A stretch of DNA of 64,000 nt from an uncultured Actinomycetes bacterium. GTDB taxonomy: Bacteria; Actinomycetota; Thermoleophilia; UBA2241. This document shows, in pieces, positions 30,871 through 40,942 of the stretch. The notes under the pieces are model-generated. The model did not search any database. It was not told the DNA's origin and saw only the letters and a program-made list of their open reading frames with translations. The translations under genes were made by a program, and so were the position numbers. Position 1 is the stretch's first letter; the number at the start of each line of letters is the position of its first letter. The stretch is from positions 320,001-384,000 of the forward strand of contig CAVRZA010000001.1 of NCBI GenBank assembly GCA_963725665.1, given 5' to 3'.

Positions 30871-31755
30871 GTGGACGCGGTCGCCAGAAGACAGGAGGTC
30901 GTCCCCCAGCTCGGCTCGCTGCAGGCCGAGGTCAAGCCGGCGCGACGTTGGCGGCCGAGCACCTGGCATCTCTTCCTCGTGCCGATGTCCCTGCTCATGG
31001 CGTTTCCGTTCATCTGGATGGTCATCACCGCGGTCTCGACGCGTGAGGAGACGCGCCAGTTCCCGCCCAGCCTGCCGCACAGCATCCAGTGGCACAACTT
31101 CGTCGATGCCTGGACCGTGGTCCCGTTCGACCGTTGGCTGCTCAACACGACGATCGTGGCCGTGGCCTCGGTGGTGGGCAACCTGGTGTTCTGCAGCATG
31201 GCGGGCTACGCCCTGGCGCGGCTTCGCTTCATCGGCGGCGGCCTCGCCTTCCTCCTCATCCTGGCCACGCTCATGGTGCCCTTCCAGGTCGTGATGATCC
31301 CGACGCTGCTCATCGTGCGCGGCCTGGGGCTGGTCGACACGCTCGGCGCCCTCGTCGTGCCCAACCTGGTGACGCCGTTCGGCATCTTCCTGCTGCGCCA
31401 GTTCTTCAGGACGCTGCCGGTCGAGATCGAGGAGGCGGCGCGCATCGACGGCGCCAGCCGTCTGGGCACACTGGTGAAGATCGTCCTGCCGCAGATGAAG
31501 GCGCCTCTCGCCACCGTGGGCATCATGACGCTGCTGTGGCGCTGGAACGACTTCCTGTGGCCACTGATCGCCATCCAGACAGAGTCGCGCTACACGCTTC
31601 CGCTGGGGCTTGCCTCGTTCCAGGGGGCCCACAACACGAACATCCCGCTGCTCATGGCGGGAACGCTGATGAGCCAGCTGCCGATGCTTGTCGTCTTCAT
31701 CGTCGCGCAGCGCTGGTTCGTGCAATCCCTGGCCTCGTCCGGGATCAAGGGATAG
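30871..31755 (+). CDS. Carbohydrate ABC transporter permease (MalG-like)
   Basis: AGYALARLRF, EEAARIDGA, WNDFLWP. Confidence 0.93.
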   Translation: MDAVARRQEVVPQLGSLQAEVKPARRWRPSTWHLFLVPMSLLMAFPFIWMVITAVSTREETRQFPPSLPHSIQWHNFVDAWTVVPFDRWLLNTTIVAVASVVGNLVFCSMAGYALARLRFIGGGLAFLLILATLMVPFQVVMIPTLLIVRGLGLVDTLGALVVPNLVTPFGIFLLRQFFRTLPVEIEEAARIDGASRLGTLVKIVLPQMKAPLATVGIMTLLWRWNDFLWPLIAIQTESRYTLPLGLASFQGAHNTNIPLLMAGTLMSQLPMLVVFIVAQRWFVQSLASSGIKG

Positions 31756-31812
31756 GCGGATCGAACGATGAGTCGGAGCAGGTAGAGGCGGGAGCGGGGA
31801 ACGGGCAGGAAG

Positions 31813-32989
31813 ATGGCCAGGATCGTCCTCGAGAAGTTGCGCAAGGTCTTCCCCGGCAAGCCACCGACGGTGGCGCTCGAGGGGCTCGACCTGACGATCG
31901 AGGACGGCGAGCTCCTGATCCTCGTAGGCCCGTCGGGGTGTGGCAAGACGACCGCCTTGCGCTGTGTGGCCGGCCTCGAGACGCCGACCTCGGGGCGCAT
32001 CCTCATCGGCGACCGCGAGGTGCAGGACCTGCCGCCGCGCCGGCGCGACGTGGCTATGGTCTTCCAGAACTACGCCCTCTACCCGCACTACTCCGTCTTC
32101 AACAACCTTGCCTTCGGGCTCAAGGAACATCGCGTGACACGCGCCGAGGTCGATCGCCGTGTGCGTGAGATGGCCGCCATGCTGGGTCTTGAGCGGTTGC
32201 TTGACCGCAAGCCGGCGCAGCTCTCGGGCGGGCAGAGCCAGCGCGTCGCCATGGGGCGCGCGCTCGTGCGCGACCCGCAGGCCTTCCTGCTCGACGAGCC
32301 TCTCTCGAACCTCGACGCCAAGCTGCGCGGCCAGATGCGCTCCGACATCCTCGCCTTGCAGCGCCGGGTGGGCGTGACCAGCCTCTACGTGACGCACGAC
32401 CAGTCGGAGGCGATGACGCTGGGCGACCGCATCGCCGTGCTCAACGCCGGTGTGCTACTGCAGCTGGGCACGCCCAGAGGAGGTCTTTCGTCGGCCGCGC
32501 AACCTGTTCGTGGCCGCCTTCATGGGTACGCCGTCGATGAACCTGCTGCGCGGGCGGGTCGACGGGGGCGTCCTGCAGGCCGGCGACCTGCGCCTGAGCG
32601 TCGCCGGCCTGCAGGACGCCCCCGTCGTCGTCGGCTTCAGACCGGAGGCGCTCGTGCCGGCGAGCCAGGGTGCCGGGCTCCCGGTGACCGACATGGAGGT
32701 CGAGCTCGTGGAGGAGCTCGGCAACGAGACGTTGGTTTACGGCGAGATCGCCGGTGAGGTAGCGGCGATCGACATCGACCCTTCGCTGCCAACGCCTCTG
32801 CCGGGCTCGCGGGCGCGCATCTGCGCGCGCTTGAGCGGCTTCACCGACGTACGTCCGGGCCAGAAGCTGCCGCTGGCCGTGCGCACAGACAGGGTGCACC
32901 TGTTCGAAGCGACCGGCGGCGAGGCGCTGACGCTGCCCTCGCCGCCGGTCGCCCTCGCCGGCTCAGGTGGCGAGGTGAGTCGCCCCTGA
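31813..32989 (+). CDS. Sugar ABC ATPase (MalK/MsiK-like), frameshifted
   Basis: [26 protein letters not shown]; an extra A at about 32476 splits ..LGTP from [15 protein letters not shown] (TOBE domain). Confidence 0.88.
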
Positions 32990-33032
32990 TGCCTCAAGCT
33001 CTGCCGTGGGGCGGCGTCTCGAGCGGCACGCT

Positions 33033-33073
33033 CGGGGCGGGCGGCCTCGGCCGCCCGCCCCGCCCGACCTCAA
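33033..33073. terminator. GC-rich hairpin between convergent genes; member of the repeat family
   Basis: CGGGGCGGGCGGCC-TC-GGCCGCCCGCCCCG. Confidence 0.6.
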
Positions 33074-35196
33074 TGTGAGTGGTCGCGCGGCCGCTTCGTA
33101 GGCCGGGCCTTCTCCTGCGGCAGCACGCCGAGCTGCTTTCGGCCCCGACTCATCTTCGTCACGTCGACCGTGCCGCGGCCGAAGGCGTCGACGCGGCCCC
33201 AGCGTCCGGGGATGTCGAGCAGGGCCAGGTGGCCGATCCCCTGCGGCAGCGCCGGATCGACGATGAGGTGGTCGCCGGTGGGCTCGAGGCCGAGCATCGT
33301 GCGCAGCAGGAGCAGCGGCGCCCCCGTCGACCAGGCCTGCGGACTGCAGGAGGTCGGGTACTGCACCGGGTACTTCGTCATCTCGCGTGGGTAGCCGCCG
33401 AACGCCTCCGGCAGGCGGCCGGCGAAGAACCCGGCCGCGTCGAGGATGCCGGCCGCGACCCTGGCCGCCTCCTCCTTGAAGCCGTAGCGGCGCAGGCCCC
33501 AGGCGATGAACGAGTTGTCGAACGGCCAAATGGTGCCCACGTGGTAGCCGATCGGGTTGAAGCGACCCTGACCTTCCGCCAGCGTCCGAACGCCCCAGCC
33601 CGAGTACATCGCCGGCGACATCAGGTGCCGCACCACGGCTTTGGCCTTGGACTTGTCGACGATGCCGCTCCAGAGCAGATGGCCGTTGTTCGAGGCCAGG
33701 GCGTCGACCTGCGTACCGTCCGCCTCCAGGGCGAGCGCGAAGTACTGGCCGTCTTGTACCCAGAAGTCGCGGTTGAAGCGGCGCTTGAGGTCGGCGGCCT
33801 CCTTCTCGAGCCGGTCGGCGAAGGCGGGATCCTTCCACACCAGTCTCGCCAGCCTGGCGCCGCGCATCTTGGCGTCGTAGGCGTAGCCCTGCAGCTCGCA
33901 GGTGGCGCGCGGGAACCCGGGCAGCCGCCCGTCGCGGTACGAGATCGAGTCCCAGGAGTCCTTCCAGCACTGGTTCTCGAGGCCGGTCTTCTCGTTGCGT
34001 CGCTTGTAGGAGATGTAGCCGTTGCCCTGCAGGTCGGCGTACTTGTCGATCCAGCTCAAGGCGGCGCGCGCCTGGGCCTCGAGCGAGCGTACCAGCCTCG
34101 CGTCGCCGGTCCAGCGCTCGTACTCGTCGAGCAGCACGACGTACAGCGGCGTGGCGTCGACGGCGCCGTAGTAGGGCGAGTGCGGCCGCTCCTCGAACGC
34201 GGTCATCTCGCCGTAGCGCATCTCGTGCAGGATGCGGCCGGGGTCTTCGTCGCGGAAGTCGTCGAGACGCGAGCCCTGCCAAATGCCCAGGACGACCAGG
34301 GTCGTCGCCGCCAGTTCATGGGTGAACGGCAGGGCCTGCAGGCTGGTGAAGATGCTGTCGCGGCCGAACGCCGTCATGAACCAGGGCAGGCCGGCGGCGG
34401 GCAGGCTGTGTCCCTCCATGGCGGGCGGCGAGAACCGCAGCGCGGCCAGGTCGACGAGACTGCGTTCATAGGTCGACTTCAGCGGGTCCCAGTCGCAATC
34501 GAGGCGCGGCGCTTCTTCGAGCCAACGATCGAGACTGCGTTCCAAATGGGGCCTGGCCCTCTTGGCGCCGCGCTCGTACTTGGTCTGCTCGACGCTCCTC
34601 CCGGCGACACCGAGCGCGGTGACCACGTGGAGGTCCGTCGACCATTGTCCGTGGGGCTCGATGTGGACGGCGAAGCTCAGTCCCTTTTCGTCAACGCTGC
34701 AGGGCGCCGTCGCCGAGATCCATGTCTCGCGATTGTAGGTCTCGCGCTTGTAGCCGAGCACCAGGCGGCCGTCGCCGACGCGCCCATAGTAGTCGCCCTT
34801 CTTCTTCAGGGCGTCCTTGACCTCGAAGAGGTCGGCGAAATCACAGCCGGCCTCGATACGCACGTCGAGGTCGACGGCCTTGTCGTCGTGGTTGAGGATC
34901 GTGAGCTCCTCGTGGAAGCCGTCCCCGACAGCTCGCTGGCGGATCACCGAGAGCTTGGCGTCGATGTACACGGTGCCGGTGCCGGGCACCAGGAAGAAGC
35001 GCGTCTCGAAGTACTGCAGGTCGTCGACCGACAGCGGGTTGAGCCGCTGGCCGTCGATCGTGAGTATCCACTTCGAGAGGTAGCGCGTGTCGAACGAGAA
35101 CAGACCGGTCGGGTCTGTCATCGAGGCCTCGATGTCCCCGCTGCTGTCGCTCACGACGAAGGTGTTGCCGTCGAGGATCTTGACCTCGGCGCTCAT
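33070..35196 (-). CDS. Amylo-alpha-1,6-glucosidase (glycogen debranching enzyme family)
   Basis: DTRYLS, AAGLPWFMTAFGRDS, EDPGRILHE, YYGAVDATPL, NQCWKDS, YHVGTIWPFDN, PQAWS. Confidence 0.92.
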   Translation of the reverse strand: MSAEVKILDGNTFVVSDSSGDIEASMTDPTGLFSFDTRYLSKWILTIDGQRLNPLSVDDLQYFETRFFLVPGTGTVYIDAKLSVIRQRAVGDGFHEELTILNHDDKAVDLDVRIEAGCDFADLFEVKDALKKKGDYYGRVGDGRLVLGYKRETYNRETWISATAPCSVDEKGLSFAVHIEPHGQWSTDLHVVTALGVAGRSVEQTKYERGAKRARPHLERSLDRWLEEAPRLDCDWDPLKSTYERSLVDLAALRFSPPAMEGHSLPAAGLPWFMTAFGRDSIFTSLQALPFTHELAATTLVVLGIWQGSRLDDFRDEDPGRILHEMRYGEMTAFEERPHSPYYGAVDATPLYVVLLDEYERWTGDARLVRSLEAQARAALSWIDKYADLQGNGYISYKRRNEKTGLENQCWKDSWDSISYRDGRLPGFPRATCELQGYAYDAKMRGARLARLVWKDPAFADRLEKEAADLKRRFNRDFWVQDGQYFALALEADGTQVDALASNNGHLLWSGIVDKSKAKAVVRHLMSPAMYSGWGVRTLAEGQGRFNPIGYHVGTIWPFDNSFIAWGLRRYGFKEEAARVAAGILDAAGFFAGRLPEAFGGYPREMTKYPVQYPTSCSPQAWSTGAPLLLLRTMLGLEPTGDHLIVDPALPQGIGHLALLDIPGRWGRVDAFGRGTVDVTKMSRGRKQLGVLPQEKARPTKRPRDHSH

Positions 35197-35567
35197 GTCG
35201 GCCTCCTAGCGTATCCCGCGACTTCCTCCGTGGCGGCGCCGGCCGAGGGAGTGAAGAGGGCCTGGAGTGCGACCAACAGCCGCACCCTGCCCTGGACCGA
35301 GACCAGGCCGCGCAGCACCGCGGCCATCGCGTTCATCTCGCCCCCCAGGATGGCCTCGAAGGTCGCCAGGTCCATGCTGACGACGCAGTCGGCGTCAGCG
35401 CGTTTGTGTGAGACGGTGACGTCTCCCTTCTCGATGGTCACGTACCAGTGCTCGGTCCGTTCGCCGTCCTCCAGGTCGCAGCGGAGGGTCCCGCTCACGG
35501 TGCGCAGCAAGGGTTCGCCCTTCTTCTTGGCCAGGGCCTCGAAGAAGCGCTTGGTGGGTTCGGCCAT
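35193..35567 (-). CDS. SCP2 sterol/lipid-binding domain protein
   Basis: SD GGAGGA; GTLRCDL...WYVTIEKG...ADCVV...NAMAAVLRGLVSVQG; ATGA overlap with the debranching gene. Confidence 0.82.
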   Translation of the reverse strand: MAEPTKRFFEALAKKKGEPLLRTVSGTLRCDLEDGERTEHWYVTIEKGDVTVSHKRADADCVVSMDLATFEAILGGEMNAMAAVLRGLVSVQGRVRLLVALQALFTPSAGAATEEVAGYARRPT

Positions 35568-35747
35568 CGCCGTTCCTCCTCCGGTCGTCGTTGATGAGCT
35601 GCCGCTCGTCGCGCTCAGGCATGCCTTCGCACACCCGACGACCCTGTTCGCGACGCGGCAAGTGGCGTGGTCACTGAAGCACAGGCATGTTACCGCACGG
35701 TTAACGGGACTCGCGCAAGCCCCCGTGGAGCGTGTATGTTGTTGCGC

Positions 35748-36611
35748 GTGACGAGGGAGAGGCCCGCAGATTCGGTGGCGAGATCCGCGGCTACGACGCG
35801 CGTGACGTACGTCGGGCAGGCGACGGTCCTGATCGAGATGGACGGGATGCGCATCCTCACCGACCCGATCCTCAAGCGCTGGGTCGGGCCGTTGCGTCGC
35901 TACGGCCCTCTGCCCGACCCCACGATCCATCACGGCATCGACGTGGTGCTCATCTCGCACCAGCACCTCGACCATCTCGACACCGCGTCGCTGCGGCTGC
36001 TGCCCAAGTCGGCCGTCGTCGTCGGTCCGCCGCTCACGGGCGGGACCGTGCATCGGGTCGGCTTCAAGACAGTGGTCGAGACGCGCCGCGACACGGCGCT
36101 CCACCTCGGCGACCTCGAGATCGTCGCCGTGCACGCCAAGCATACGCGGCGCCGCTGGATCCTCAGTTCACCGACGGAACCGCTGGGCTTCATCATCCAC
36201 GGCTCCACGACGGTCTACTTCGCCGGCGATACCGGCCTCTTCGACGGCATGGAGGACCTGCACGAGCGCATCGACCTCGCCCTGCTGCCCATCGAGACGT
36301 GGGGGGTGCGCCCCCCCGAGGGCAGGCACCTGAGCCCTCGGACTGCCGCTCACGCCCTGACGTTGCTGCAGCCTCGCGTCGCCGTGCCCATCCACTGGGG
36401 CACCCTGTACCTGCCGGGCTCGGCCTACGCCGGCAAGGAGGCCACCTACGCCTGGTTCCAGCACACGAGGAAGCGCCCTGAGGAGTTTGCCTCTCTCGCC
36501 GCCGAGACGGCGCCCGACGTCGAGGTGCGACTGCTTGCGCCGGGTGAGTCGCTCGACCTCGCACAAGCCCACGCGGCGGGCGCGTCGGCGCCGGCTGGGG
36601 ATCAAACCTGA
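35748..36611 (+). CDS. MBL-fold metallo-hydrolase (NAPE-PLD/UlaG-like)
   Basis: LTDP, SHQHLDHLD, YFAGDTG, PIHWGT. Confidence 0.88.
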   Translation: MTRERPADSVARSAATTRVTYVGQATVLIEMDGMRILTDPILKRWVGPLRRYGPLPDPTIHHGIDVVLISHQHLDHLDTASLRLLPKSAVVVGPPLTGGTVHRVGFKTVVETRRDTALHLGDLEIVAVHAKHTRRRWILSSPTEPLGFIIHGSTTVYFAGDTGLFDGMEDLHERIDLALLPIETWGVRPPEGRHLSPRTAAHALTLLQPRVAVPIHWGTLYLPGSAYAGKEATYAWFQHTRKRPEEFASLAAETAPDVEVRLLAPGESLDLAQAHAAGASAPAGDQT

Positions 36612-36704
36612 TCGCCGGCGACCGTCTGCGGAGTCGCGCCCGACAGCGGACCATTGTAGGATGCCCGGCACACCACCGCCGTCGAGACCAGGAGTGATGA
36701 CCGC

Positions 36705-38195
36705 ATGAGCCTTCTTGCGCCACTGTGGGCGACCACGCTGTTTCGCGTGTTCGGCATCTCTTTGCCGCTTTGGATCGTCGTGCCGCTGCTCGTCTACTGG
36801 GCCGTCGTCATCGTGCTGCTCGTCTACGACAACCGCGAGCCGAGCAGCACGCTCGTCTGGCTCTTCGCCCTGATCTTCCTGCCGGGCATCGGCATCGTCC
36901 TGTTCCTCTTCTTCGGCAGGGACTGGAAGGTGATCACCGCGCGCCGGCACTGGGCCGAAGGATACGTGGCGGCCGTCACGGCGAAGATGCGCCCGGTGTA
37001 CGAGCGCAACGAGGCGACCGACCGGCTGTTCAAGGAGCGATACGGCACCGGTCTCGCCCCCGCCATCTCGGCCACGATCGAGAGGGAGAACGGCTCGCGC
37101 CCCCTGCCCGCCGACAGTGTCGAGATCTTCCCCACCGGGGCGGAGAACTTCGCCCGTCTCGAGCAGGACCTGGCCGCGGCCACGTCCTTCGTCAACATGG
37201 AGTTCTTCATCTGGGAGCAAGACCAGCTCACGGCCAGGCTCACCGCGATCCTGCTCGACCGGCTGGCGGCCGGCGTGGAGGTGCGCCTCCTCTACGACTA
37301 CATGGGCAGCATCAGCCACAAGAAGGATGAGCTGAAGAAGCTCGAGGCGGCGGGCGCCAAAGTGAGTGCCGACGTGACCCAGGTCTTCAAGCTGAACTAC
37401 CGCAATCACCGCAAGATCGTGGTGATCGACGGCACGATCGGCTACACGGGCGGTATGAACTTGGGACAGGAGTACATCGACGGCGGCTTGCGCTTCCCCA
37501 CCTGGCGCGACACGAACATCCGCGTCACCGGACAGGCCGTCGCCGAGCTGCAGAAGCTGTTCGCCATGCGCTGGTTCGAGGACGAGCACGAGGACATCCT
37601 GCAGGACCGTTACCTTCCTCCGGCCCCGGATGAGAGCCTCGACGGGCGCATTCTGACGCAGCTCGTCGCGCATACGATCGAGAGTCCCTGGGAGGCCGGC
37701 CGTCGCGCTCACATGCTCGCCATCTCGCAGGCCGAGCGCACGCTGAAGATCCAGTCGCCCTACTTCGTGCCCGACCCGGGGACCTACGACGCCTTGATCA
37801 ACTCCGCCCTGAGCGGCGTCGACCTGCGCTTCATGATGACCGGTTGGGTCGACAAGAAGCTGCCCTTCTGGGCAGCGCAGACCTACTACGAGCCGCTACT
37901 GCGCGCCGGCGCGCACATCTACCTCTACGAGGCGGGGTTCTTCCACGCCAAGACGATCGCCATCGACTCGACTGTCTGCGCGATCGGGACGATGAACATG
38001 GACATCCGCAGCCTGCGTCTGCACAAGGAGCTCATGGAGTGGATCTACGACACGAAGATCACGCGCCAGCTCGAGGCCATCTTCGAGCGTGACCTCGAGC
38101 AGTGCCGTGAGGTGACGTTGAAGGACGTTGGCTCCGTCGGGCGCTGGCAGCGCTTCCGCAACTCGTTCGCGCGGCTGTTCTCGGCCGAGATCTAG
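36705..38195 (+). CDS. cls: Cardiolipin synthase
   Basis: PLDc_N TMs plus two HKD motifs (NHRKIVVID, FHAKTIAID). Confidence 0.92.
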   Translation: MSLLAPLWATTLFRVFGISLPLWIVVPLLVYWAVVIVLLVYDNREPSSTLVWLFALIFLPGIGIVLFLFFGRDWKVITARRHWAEGYVAAVTAKMRPVYERNEATDRLFKERYGTGLAPAISATIERENGSRPLPADSVEIFPTGAENFARLEQDLAAATSFVNMEFFIWEQDQLTARLTAILLDRLAAGVEVRLLYDYMGSISHKKDELKKLEAAGAKVSADVTQVFKLNYRNHRKIVVIDGTIGYTGGMNLGQEYIDGGLRFPTWRDTNIRVTGQAVAELQKLFAMRWFEDEHEDILQDRYLPPAPDESLDGRILTQLVAHTIESPWEAGRRAHMLAISQAERTLKIQSPYFVPDPGTYDALINSALSGVDLRFMMTGWVDKKLPFWAAQTYYEPLLRAGAHIYLYEAGFFHAKTIAIDSTVCAIGTMNMDIRSLRLHKELMEWIYDTKITRQLEAIFERDLEQCREVTLKDVGSVGRWQRFRNSFARLFSAEI

Positions 38196-38278
38196 AGCAC
38201 TGAGCCGGGGCGGGTTGGCGCCCGCGGCATCGCCGCGGGCGCCGCCAGGCCGATTGGACCGGGGTCCTCTAGACTCGC

Positions 38279-39859
38279 CTAGACGCCGGTCTCGACCTTG
38301 AGCCGGCCGTCCTTGATCGCCTTCTGGACCACCGCGAAGTCTCTCTCCGTCTGGTCGGCGTACGCCTCGGCGAAGTCGGCGAGGGCGAGGTCGAAGCGGT
38401 CGCTCTTGCCCAGGTAGGCGGCGATGGCGATGCGGTCGCCCGAGCGCGCGTGCGCCCGCGCCAGCGTCCAGCCGCAGACGCCGGCGTAGAGGGCGAGACC
38501 GGCAGGGCGCACGTTCTCCGTCGACACCGACCCCTTCATGTCGCGCAGCTGCCGCCAGTAGAAATCGCGGTGCCGCCGCTCCTGAGCCCCGTATCCAGCC
38601 CAGGAAGATGTCGCTGGCCGCCTGCATGAGCCGCTGACCGGCGACGACGCGATGGGCGTGGTTCTGGTAGCGGCTCTTGCCGACGTACGCCTCCATGACC
38701 GACGGGTTGGCCTGCTTGAGCTGCAGGAAGAGGGGATCGCCGTCGTCGCGGCCCAGCAGGAGGACGATGAGGGCGAGCGTGCCCACACTGCCGACGCCGA
38801 CGACCTTCATCGCCATGTCGACGAACTGGTAGCGGTCGACGAGCTCACGGTGGTCTTCCTGGAGGGTCTTGCGATAGTCGGCGAACGCCTTCTTTGCCAC
38901 CCGGTCCAGTTCGGCATCCGCCGGGAGGTGAGCGATGAGCGGTGGGGCGTCGATGATGCGCGGCATCCCGTCGACCGTCTCGGTCAGCTTGTTGAGGGCC
39001 TGGAGGCTGTCGTGAGTGCGGGCCTTGGCGAGGATCTGCTCGGCCGCCTTCGATCTTCACGCCGCGCGCCGTCTTGCGCCAGCTCCAGGACCTCCTCGGC
39101 CGCTACCCTCGAGTAGTAGACGTCGAGGTCGCCCATCGCGGCGTAGCGGTTCATCCAATCGCGGTAGGACCGCACGGCGGCGAGCGCGGCGTCGCGGTTC
39201 TGGGCTGCGGTGAGGCCGGCGTCGCGACCGGCGACGACCACACTCGCTACGAGACGCTTCAGGTCCCACTCCCACGGCCCCGGCAGGGTCTCGTCGAAGT
39301 CGTTCACGTCGAAGAGCAGGGTCCGTTCCGGTGAGGCGAAGACGCCGAAGTTCAGCAGATGAGCGTCGCCGCACGCCTGCACTGTCAGGCCAGAGTTGGG
39401 CGTCGCCGCGAGATCCGAGGCCATAAGCAGCGCGGCCCCGCGGTAGAACGTGAACGGTGACACCGACATGCGGCCCCAGCGGATGGGCACGAGCTCCGGC
39501 ACGCGCGCGGCGTCCTGCGACTGGAGGAGAGCCACGGGGTCGGGCCGGTCGTGGGGTGGGGCCCATCCGGCGTGGCTCGTGCGCGGCACCATCTTGCGGG
39601 CGGCCCTGCCGGCTGCGATATGGTCTTCGGTCGGCGCCCAGCCGACGATCTGGGGGCGGACCGGTCCGGGCGCCCCGGCGACGGCCGCCTCCTCGATAGC
39701 TATGACGCCGGCGACGGCCTCGCCCTGAGCGTCGACCTTGTCTTGGGTCTCTGACTGTGCGACTGCGGTGCCGTCTCCAGTATCGACGGCGGCTTTGGCG
39801 TCCGAGGAGGCCACCGTCACCTTCGCCTTCTTGGCTTTCGTCTTCTTCTTGGCGGCCAT
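38279..39859 (-). CDS. DUF2252 family (kinase-like) protein, two frameshift zones
   Basis: RMSVSPFTFYRGAA, CGDAHLLNFG, NDFDE, KVVGVGSVG, LQLKQA, RQLRDMKGS, LARAHARSGD, spread over three ORF segments with breaks at about 39050-39080 and 38575-38590. Confidence 0.85.
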
Positions 39860-39878
39860 CCACGATCTCCTTTCGGGA

Positions 39879-39927
39879 AAGAGGATCCGTACGGAGCAGG
39901 CCTGCAAGAGGATCCCGCACGGAGCAG
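39879..39927. repeat. Imperfect direct repeat in the DUF2252 leader
   Basis: AAGAGGATCCGTACGGAGCAG (39879-39899) and AAGAGGATCCCGCACGGAGCAG (39906-39927). Confidence 0.7.
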
Positions 39928-40008
39928 ACCTACTATGCCCTGCGGCGGGGCCTGCGGAACGTGCCCATACGAGAGCTGAGGCTGACGCAAGGATCCCTCC
40001 CGACGGCG

Positions 40009-40704
40009 TCATTCTTCGGCTCGGCGCCGCTGCCTTCCCAGGTTGCCCACCAGGAGGGCTACGATGGTGACCAGATAGAGCTGACCCAGCAGCGCTTCGG
40101 TCACGGCCAGCATCCTGCCCAGGTCGCCGCGCGCGGTGAGGTCACCGTAGCCCACCGTCGACATCGTGACGTAGCTGAAGTAGACGTAGTCGATCGCGTT
40201 TCCGGCTCCAGTCTGGGCGAAGAAGGGACCTGCGACCTGACCGATGATCGAGAAGAGGAACGAGAAGAAGAAACCGACGAGCAGGTAGACGCAGAGCGCT
40301 CCGAGGACGGTCCTGACCGTGATCGCGGGATGCTGCACGAGCCGGCGCACGATGACCGCGGGGGCGATCACGGCGAGGCCCGCGGCGACGACGCTGGTCG
40401 TCGCGTGGGCGAACTCCCCACTGCCGAAGGCCGCCGAGAGCGCTGCCAGCAGGAGCGCGGGCGCGAGGAGCCAGGTAGCAAGTCGCAGGACTCGTCGCCG
40501 TACGTTCGAGGCGCGCAGCGTCTCGAGCAGGGTGACGCCTAGCACGACGATCAGGACGATGCGCGACCAGCGGCTGTCGCCGGCGACTGCCAGCAGGATG
40601 ATGGAGGCGATGATGAGGCTCAGCACGAGCCCGTAGCTGTCGAGGGCCCGGTCCAGCCCGCCACGAGGGCGTCGCGTGAGTGAATCAGCCGCCGGCTCGG
40701 TCAT
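40009..40704 (-). CDS. Potassium channel family protein (Ion_trans_2)
   Basis: YFSYVTMSTVGYGD selectivity filter. Confidence 0.9.
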   Translation of the reverse strand: MTEPAADSLTRRPRGGLDRALDSYGLVLSLIIASIILLAVAGDSRWSRIVLIVVLGVTLLETLRASNVRRRVLRLATWLLAPALLLAALSAAFGSGEFAHATTSVVAAGLAVIAPAVIVRRLVQHPAITVRTVLGALCVYLLVGFFFSFLFSIIGQVAGPFFAQTGAGNAIDYVYFSYVTMSTVGYGDLTARGDLGRMLAVTEALLGQLYLVTIVALLVGNLGRQRRRAEE

Positions 40705-40942
40705 GCCGTCTCCTCCAGCGCGTCGTCGGTCGGGGGCTCGGGGCGTGAAGGCTGCGGCGCGGCATTCACGCCCCGAGCGAAGGAGTCCATGAAAACAGTA
40801 CGCCGCGAGGACTGCAACTGAAGGGGCCGTGGGCGACCGCGCGCGGGGTCGCCGGCCCCTCGCGGCGGCGCATGCGCGGCGGGCGCCGCGTTTCTCGGGC
40901 GCTTGCCGCCGGCGTGCACACAGCGCGCCTCTTCAGCGTCTG

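Noticed and set aside
33079-35751. Very long antisense or alternate-frame ORFs (also 1010-2680, 7012-8955, 40829-43417, 55481-57187, 57596-59986)
   Set aside because: They are shadows of well-supported genes in GC-rich DNA with strong codon bias, and contain no recognisable motifs.
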